The translations under genes were made by a program, and so were the position numbers. From Eubacteriales bacterium (GTDB lineage Bacteria; Bacillota; Clostridia; Christensenellales; UMGS416), in contig JBFLKU010000006.1 in NCBI GenBank assembly GCA_040883315.1, positions 5,465-69,464 of the forward strand: a stretch of DNA of 64,000 nt. Direction: 5' to 3'. Below, in pieces: positions 58,046-64,000 of the stretch. The notes under the pieces were generated by a model. The model did no database searches and was not told the DNA's origin. It worked only from the letters and a program-made list of their open reading frames with translations. How positions within the stretch are numbered: the first letter of the stretch is position 1; every line of letters starts with the position of its first letter.

Positions 58046-58837
58046 ATGGAACATAAAGTATTGAATACTCCTCGTGGAGATGTGCACTATTGGATAAATA
58101 GCAATTCAGCAAAAAGATGCATAGTTTTTACTCACGGACTGACTGCAAACCATAGGATGTTTGAAAAGCAGATAGAGCACTTTGAAGATAATTATAGAGT
58201 TATAGTCTGGGATGTGCCTATGCATGGGCTTTCCCGACCATATAAGGACCTTTCATATAAAAATACAGCACTCGATTTAAACTCAATTTTAGAAAATGAA
58301 AAAATAGAAAAAGCAGTTCTCGTAGGAATGTCTATGGGAGGATATCCAAGTCAGGAGTTTGCATCGATATATCCTGAAAAGGTAGAGGGATTTGTGGCAC
58401 TAGACACTACACCATTTGGACTAAAATATTATTCAAAATCGGATAAATGGTGGCTGCGGCAGGTGGAGCCTATGGCAAAATGGTTTCCGGACAAAATGCT
58501 TCGAGAAAGCATGGCGAAGTCTGTTTCTAAAACACAGTATTCATATAATATGATGAAAGAGATGCTAGAACCATTGAGCAAAGCAGACATAGCAGAGCAA
58601 ATGGGGATAGCATACAGCGGATTTTTGAAAGAAAACAAGGATGTAAAATTTGATTTTCCTGTCTTGATTCTGCTAGGGGAATACGATAAAACGGGCAAGG
58701 TGAAAAATTACTGTGAAGCTTGGGCGCAAAGCGAGGGATATCCGCTGCACATTGTTAAAGGAGCAGCACACATGTCCAACACCGATAATTACGAAGATGT
58801 GAATGCACAAATTGAACTATTCATAGAGAATTTATGA
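58046..58837 (+). CDS. Alpha/beta-fold hydrolase
   Basis: FTHGL, WDVPMHG.S, GMSMGG nucleophile elbow, GEYD, AAH. Confidence 0.9.
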   Translation: MEHKVLNTPRGDVHYWINSNSAKRCIVFTHGLTANHRMFEKQIEHFEDNYRVIVWDVPMHGLSRPYKDLSYKNTALDLNSILENEKIEKAVLVGMSMGGYPSQEFASIYPEKVEGFVALDTTPFGLKYYSKSDKWWLRQVEPMAKWFPDKMLRESMAKSVSKTQYSYNMMKEMLEPLSKADIAEQMGIAYSGFLKENKDVKFDFPVLILLGEYDKTGKVKNYCEAWAQSEGYPLHIVKGAAHMSNTDNYEDVNAQIELFIENL

Positions 58838-58847
58838 TTACGATTTT

Positions 58848-58876
58848 TTGACAAATTATATCATGAGTATTAATAT
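58848..58876 (+). promoter_or_regulatory. Sigma-A promoter of murC
   Basis: TTGACA-17 nt-TAATAT. Confidence 0.55.
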
Positions 58877-58912
58877 TAGATAGTTATAATAAAGGACAAA
58901 AGGATACATTTA

Positions 58913-60286
58913 ATGAAAATAACCGACTTTAAAAATGAGAAAATTCACTTTATAGGCATAGGCGGCATATCCATGCGTGGGCTGGCAAAGCTGCTGCTTT
59001 TGGATGGATACCAAGTGAGTGGCTCTGATATGAACTATGATGACTGCTTCGAGGGACTGGAAAAGCTGGGTGCGAAATGCTACAGCCCGCACAAGGCAGG
59101 GCAGGAAGAGGGAGCAGGGCTGGTGGTTATCAATTCTGCAATACCCGATAGCAACCCGGAGCTGGCAGCTGCCAGAGAGAAAGGCATACCTGTGATGGAG
59201 AGAACAGAGCTTTTGTCGCAGCTGATGGAGCGCGCAAGGATATCCTTTGGAGTATCTGGAATGCACGGCAAAACCACATGTTCATCTATGCTGGTCACTA
59301 TTTTGGAGCTTTGCGGCATGAACCCCACTGCACATCTTGGCGGAGAGCTTAGCCTGATAGACGGGGCGACAAAATATGGCGGAGATATATTTGTGGCCGA
59401 GGCCTGCGAATACAAAAATAATTATCACAGATTATCCCTTACAGGGGCAACTATACTGAATATAGATGAAGACCATCTGGACTTTTTTAAAGACTTGGAT
59501 GACATAATAGAATCATATCGTGTATACATAAACAAGCTGCCGGAAGACGGCATAGTGGTGCTTAATGCAGATGATGAAAATGTGCTGCTGGCTGCAGACC
59601 AAAGAAAATGCAAGGCAGTTACTTTTGGCATAAAAAACAATGCGGACTTCATCGCAGAGAACATAAGAAAAAAAGAGGACGCATGCTACGAATTCGACCT
59701 AGTGCATGATGGCAAAAAATATCCGGTCAGCTTAAATGTACCGGGGCGTCATAATGTGTATAATGCATGTGCCGCAATAGCCAGCGCTGCTGTGTGCGAG
59801 TGCGACATAGAGTGCGCCTGCAAAACAGTGGGTGAATACAAAGGGGCAAAGAGAAGATTTGAAAAAAGCGGAGTGCTGCAAAATGGTGCAGTAGTATACC
59901 ACGACTATGCCCACCACCCAATAGAGGTGAAGGCTACGCTAGGTGCAGCCAAGGACAGAGCAAAAGGCAAATTGATAGCTGTATTTCAGCCACATACATA
60001 CACTAGAACAAAGGCGCTGCTGGATGATTTTGCAGAATCGTTTGCTGATGCAGACCATGTGATTATAACGGATATATACGCCGCCAGAGAGAAAAACGAC
60101 GGTACTATACATTCCAAGGATTTGGTAGAAAAAATATCAGCAGTGAACAAAAATGTATATTACGCCGATTCATTTGAAACGGCTGCAAACAAGGCTTTTG
60201 AATTATCCCAAAATAGTGATATAATTATTACATTAGGTGCAGGCGACATTCAAAAAGTGAACAGGAAGTTAAAAGACTATGAGTAA
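58913..60286 (+). CDS. murC: UDP-N-acetylmuramate--L-alanine ligase
   Basis: HFIGIGGISM, GMHGKTT, EACEY, DHLDFF, DYAHHP.E, FQPHTYTRT, LGAGDI. Confidence 0.96.
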   Translation: MKITDFKNEKIHFIGIGGISMRGLAKLLLLDGYQVSGSDMNYDDCFEGLEKLGAKCYSPHKAGQEEGAGLVVINSAIPDSNPELAAAREKGIPVMERTELLSQLMERARISFGVSGMHGKTTCSSMLVTILELCGMNPTAHLGGELSLIDGATKYGGDIFVAEACEYKNNYHRLSLTGATILNIDEDHLDFFKDLDDIIESYRVYINKLPEDGIVVLNADDENVLLAADQRKCKAVTFGIKNNADFIAENIRKKEDACYEFDLVHDGKKYPVSLNVPGRHNVYNACAAIASAAVCECDIECACKTVGEYKGAKRRFEKSGVLQNGAVVYHDYAHHPIEVKATLGAAKDRAKGKLIAVFQPHTYTRTKALLDDFAESFADADHVIITDIYAAREKNDGTIHSKDLVEKISAVNKNVYYADSFETAANKAFELSQNSDIIITLGAGDIQKVNRKLKDYE

Positions 60287-61622
60287 TGAAACAAACAAAG
60301 TAATCAGCACGCTATCTATGGTGTATGACCATGTGCTCTCTGTGGACAAAGAGGGAAATGTTTTGGTTCCCAGCGATATTTTGCCTGATGGAAGCAGCAA
60401 TCTTTTCTCCATAATATCTCAGGTAGATGTTGCAAAAATGGAGCATTTTCTAAAGACTACTGACAAAAAAGTGGACGGAGTATTTGCTGTATTCAGCCCA
60501 AATCTAAAGATGAAATGGGCAAAGGTAGAGTGTCTGAAAGATGGAGATAACATATTCATAGGCATAACTGACTACACCGAGAAGCAGCAAAGCAGGCGAA
60601 AAGAGCAGCACACATCACAGTATGATATGCTGACAAATACCCACTACAGGCATAATCTGGACACTGCACTTTTGGAGCTGGACAGACCGGAAAATCTGCC
60701 ACTGTCTTTCATTATGTTTGACGTAAACGGAATGAAGCTGACAAATGATGCCTTCGGATATGCAGAGGGCGACACTCTTTTAAAAAAATGCACTATAATA
60801 ATAAATACAGCATCGCCTATGAACGGAAAGCTTTTCAGAATGAACGGCGATGAATTTTTGCTGGTGTGCCCAAACTGCAATGAAAACTGTCGTGAAGAAA
60901 TACTAAACAAGATAGAGGAAATGTGCGAGGAGGAAACGGAGTCTATGATACCTCCTAGCTTCTCGATTGGCATATCATACAAAGAAAACCCAAATCAAAG
61001 AACTACCCCGCTGCTGCAGCAGGCCGAGCAAAACCTATATGCAGACAGAATAAGAACAAGTGCGAAATTTAATGCATCCATCATCCAAAACCTTATGAAT
61101 CTTTTATCAAGGAAGAATTTTGAGACAGCAGCACATATATCCAGAGTGAAGGGGCTGGCACTATCTGTAGGGGATGAACTAGGGCTGAACCAAGAGCAAA
61201 GAAACACATTGTCTGTGGCTGCAGAGCTTCATGACATAGGCAAGGTATCTATTCCGGATGAGGTGCTTGGCAAGCAGGGGCCACTAACAGAGGAAGAGTG
61301 GGACATAGTAAAACAGCACCCTGTGACTTCATATAGAATAATATACGGTCTGGGCGACATGTACCATATAGCAGAGATAGTGAAATGCCACCATGAGCGC
61401 TATGACGGCACAGGCTACCCATCAGGGCTAAAGGGCGATGAAATACCACAGATAGCCAGAATACTTACTCTGGTGGACTCCTATGACAATATGCTGAATA
61501 GCCCATACCTGAAAAGGAAGAGAACACAGCAGGATGCTATAGAGGAAGTGAAACGCTGCACAGGCAGCCAGTTTGACCCCAAAATAGCCGAAGCACTGCT
61601 GAACATTATAAAGAAAAGCTAA
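60279..61622 (+). CDS. GGDEF + HD-GYP domain c-di-GMP turnover protein
   Basis: D.LT, DVNGMK.TND.FG..EGD, RMNGDEF; HD-GYP motifs ET..H..RV, LHDIGK, HHERYDGTGYP, QFDP. Confidence 0.9.
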   Translation: MSNETNKVISTLSMVYDHVLSVDKEGNVLVPSDILPDGSSNLFSIISQVDVAKMEHFLKTTDKKVDGVFAVFSPNLKMKWAKVECLKDGDNIFIGITDYTEKQQSRRKEQHTSQYDMLTNTHYRHNLDTALLELDRPENLPLSFIMFDVNGMKLTNDAFGYAEGDTLLKKCTIIINTASPMNGKLFRMNGDEFLLVCPNCNENCREEILNKIEEMCEEETESMIPPSFSIGISYKENPNQRTTPLLQQAEQNLYADRIRTSAKFNASIIQNLMNLLSRKNFETAAHISRVKGLALSVGDELGLNQEQRNTLSVAAELHDIGKVSIPDEVLGKQGPLTEEEWDIVKQHPVTSYRIIYGLGDMYHIAEIVKCHHERYDGTGYPSGLKGDEIPQIARILTLVDSYDNMLNSPYLKRKRTQQDAIEEVKRCTGSQFDPKIAEALLNIIKKS

Positions 61623-63335
61623 TTATATAATTTTATGAATTTTTGTTTTATTCATATAGTCATACAGCAAGATAGTTTCTTCTGCTACTATATCTTTGGA
61701 TAAAACATCGTAACTAAATATTTCGATATTGCATTGCCTGCTGATGGTGCTTGGGGACATACCCGCATAATTCGGCAGGTATTTTTCTATGTTTTCGGGG
61801 TTGCCATAAAATTCACGCATAAAGTCTTTCTTTTGCTCGCTGTATGCGTTCTGTATGCATTGGGGGTATACCCGCGGCTTGGAATTTGCGGCATAGTCAT
61901 GCAGAATTACCGACTGTAGAAAACCTGAATTGCAGTTTTTCATTTTGCAAATAAACTCAAAAAGCACATCATAATAATAGATGAATTTATGAGGTCTATT
62001 AAAATGCTCTCTTTCCATCAGAAAACTACAGAATGAATCGTAAAAATCATATGGCGTCTCAAACAAAGATATAGCATAATTTAGAGAGCTATTAAAATTG
62101 CCGGAATTGTAGTACGTGTCTACCAGGCTCTCTATTTTTTCCAGATAGCTAAGCTGAGCAAAGGATATATAATCAGATTTTAAAATTTTATATGGTGCAT
62201 ATTCCTGATATGCTATGCCGTGCTCTCCGGCAGTGCTCTGCATATAGGAGCCTTTTAGCACCTTCAGAAATCCTAAATGAACGCCGCCTGCATTCATTTT
62301 GTATACGTCATTAAATGAATTTTGAAATATCTCATATGTTTCATATGGCAGTCCTGCTATCAAGTCCACATATACTTTTATGTTTTCAAGCTTTGTAAGC
62401 ATGGTTATGTTTTCATATTGCTTAGCTAGGTCCACATCTCTCTTTATTGCCTGCAGTGTTTTGGGATAGGTGGACTGTATGCCGATTTCGAACTGCAAAA
62501 ATCCATACGGTGCTGTGGATAGTATATCTGCCAGCTCCTGTGTAATGAGCAAAGGGTTTAGCTCGCAGTGGAATGACGTTTGAGAATTTGGATACTTTTG
62601 CTTTAGCTCAAGCATTATTTTTATTATTTCGATGGCTCTTTTAACAGGATAATTAAATGTCCTATCCACCAGCTTCACTTGCTTGGCATCGTGCTGAAAA
62701 AACACTTCAAAACTTTCTCTTATCTTTTGGCTCTCCATCAGCTGCACGCCTTTTTCTATGCTGGATATACAGTACGAGCAATTGAAGGGGCAGCCTCTGC
62801 TTGTTTCGAAATATAGTATTCTATCTCTTACATCGGCTATATCATAGTAGGGAAATTTTTGAGTATTAATATCATATGTGCTGGCTATGGGATTGGTGAG
62901 GATTTCGCTGCCATCTCTGTAGCATATTCCCTCTACTGAGCTTAAATTATTTTCATGTATTCCTCTTTGCAGCTGTGGATATATAATCTCTCCGGTGCCG
63001 AAGCATACGATATCTACATTTTTGTTTTGCGATATTATATCCTGATATGTGTAGCTGACCTCCGGACCGGCCAGAACAATTATGGAATCTTCCAGCACTT
63101 TTTTTATGCTGGATACTAAATCGTAGACATAGTTTATGTTCCATATGTAGCAGGAGAATATAATGCATTTAGGATTTTGGGATATTATATCTTCCAGCAC
63201 TAAATCCATTTGATTGTTTATAGTATGTTCCAATACAATGGTATTGTTGTATATGTTAGTATTTTTTATCAGACGTACTGCCAGATTGGTATGTACGTAT
63301 TGTGAATTTAGAGCGACCAGACAGAAAGTGTTCAT
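61623..63335 (-). CDS. B12-binding radical SAM protein (DUF4080 C-terminus)
   Basis: ALNSQYVHTNLA, FSCYIWN, GPEVSY, ETSRGCPFNCSYC, VDRTFN, DLIAGLP.E. Confidence 0.9.
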   Translation of the reverse strand: MNTFCLVALNSQYVHTNLAVRLIKNTNIYNNTIVLEHTINNQMDLVLEDIISQNPKCIIFSCYIWNINYVYDLVSSIKKVLEDSIIVLAGPEVSYTYQDIISQNKNVDIVCFGTGEIIYPQLQRGIHENNLSSVEGICYRDGSEILTNPIASTYDINTQKFPYYDIADVRDRILYFETSRGCPFNCSYCISSIEKGVQLMESQKIRESFEVFFQHDAKQVKLVDRTFNYPVKRAIEIIKIMLELKQKYPNSQTSFHCELNPLLITQELADILSTAPYGFLQFEIGIQSTYPKTLQAIKRDVDLAKQYENITMLTKLENIKVYVDLIAGLPYETYEIFQNSFNDVYKMNAGGVHLGFLKVLKGSYMQSTAGEHGIAYQEYAPYKILKSDYISFAQLSYLEKIESLVDTYYNSGNFNSSLNYAISLFETPYDFYDSFCSFLMEREHFNRPHKFIYYYDVLFEFICKMKNCNSGFLQSVILHDYAANSKPRVYPQCIQNAYSEQKKDFMREFYGNPENIEKYLPNYAGMSPSTISRQCNIEIFSYDVLSKDIVAEETILLYDYMNKTKIHKII

Positions 63336-64000
63336 CTATTTCTCCTTTTCAAGAGATGCAATCTTCATTGCAACCTCTTGTGTGACTCTTGCTTTTATAT
63401 ATGTTCCTTCGTCTCTATATTCTTTTTCTATTATCTCTGCGTTTTCAAAGATATAGTTGGATAGTGTTCCGTTGGCATATGGAACTACTGTTTCAATCAC
63501 TTTTGTGTTTTCATGCAGGATTTTTTCTATTTCATCAAATAGCTTATCAAATCCTGTTTTTTGTGTTGCACTTATATGCACCACTATTTCACCCTCTTCA
63601 AAAAGAGGGATATTGTCTTCTTCTGCTAAATCCATTTTGTTTAGTGCTATTATTCTTTTTTTATCGCCTGCACCTAGTGATTCCAGCACCTTCTTCGCCA
63701 CGTCAAACTGCATCTCCATCTCTGGTGAGCTTCCGTCCACCACGTGAACCAGAATGTCTGCAAAGACAGCCTCTTCCAAAGTGGAGCGAAATGCATCTAT
63801 TAAATCGTGGGGAAGCTTATTGATGAAGCCTACTGTATCTGTCACCAAAATCTCTGTGCCCTTTGGCAGTGTCATGCTTCTGGTCACAGGGTCTAGTGTG
63901 GCAAACAATTTATCCTCTGCCGTCACGTCACTGCTGGTTATGGCATTTAGAAGAGTGCTTTTGCCTGCATTGGTGTAGCCAACCAGTGCAATTATCGGCA
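63336..64000 (-). CDS. hflX: GTPase HflX, 3' part (5' end lies beyond the window)
   Basis: The last bases read IIALVGYTNAGKSTL on the minus strand, then DKLFATLD, DTVGFI..LPH, AF.STLEE, NKMD, ISA. Confidence 0.95.
   Translation of the reverse strand, partial: PIIALVGYTNAGKSTLLNAITSSDVTAEDKLFATLDPVTRSMTLPKGTEILVTDTVGFINKLPHDLIDAFRSTLEEAVFADILVHVVDGSSPEMEMQFDVAKKVLESLGAGDKKRIIALNKMDLAEEDNIPLFEEGEIVVHISATQKTGFDKLFDEIEKILHENTKVIETVVPYANGTLSNYIFENAEIIEKEYRDEGTYIKARVTQEVAMKIASLEKEK

Overview
Core-genome-like 64 kb window of a low-GC Gram-positive bacterium; gene content and RBS/sigma-A promoter style point to Clostridia (inference). It holds about 62 protein-coding genes, mostly on the + strand. 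These cover cell-wall genes (ddl, murF, murC, an L,D-transpeptidase, an M15 carboxypeptidase), rpmG-secE-nusG-rplK-rplA, glnS, gltX, comEC-holA, fbp, icd, ruvCAB-queA-tgt-yajC, a partial hflX and several transporters. No rRNA, tRNA, CRISPR array, transposase or integrase was recognised. The most notable observations are: (1) an AT-rich orphan between yajC and gltX whose N-terminus matches the Thr1/Asp17/Lys33/Gly47 pattern of proteasome-beta/HslV threonine proteases and whose C-terminus is a TPR; (2) an ahcY-like / mtaD-like / lipoprotein operon in which both enzymes keep cofactor or metal sites but have rewritten catalytic and substrate residues; (3) a DUF2089 regulator paired with a SHOCT-like protein built from about 28 G-x-hydrophobic-x repeats; (4) four apparently leaderless genes; (5) several further proteins lacking canonical catalytic residues. 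All family calls come from motif recognition by eye, not from database searches.
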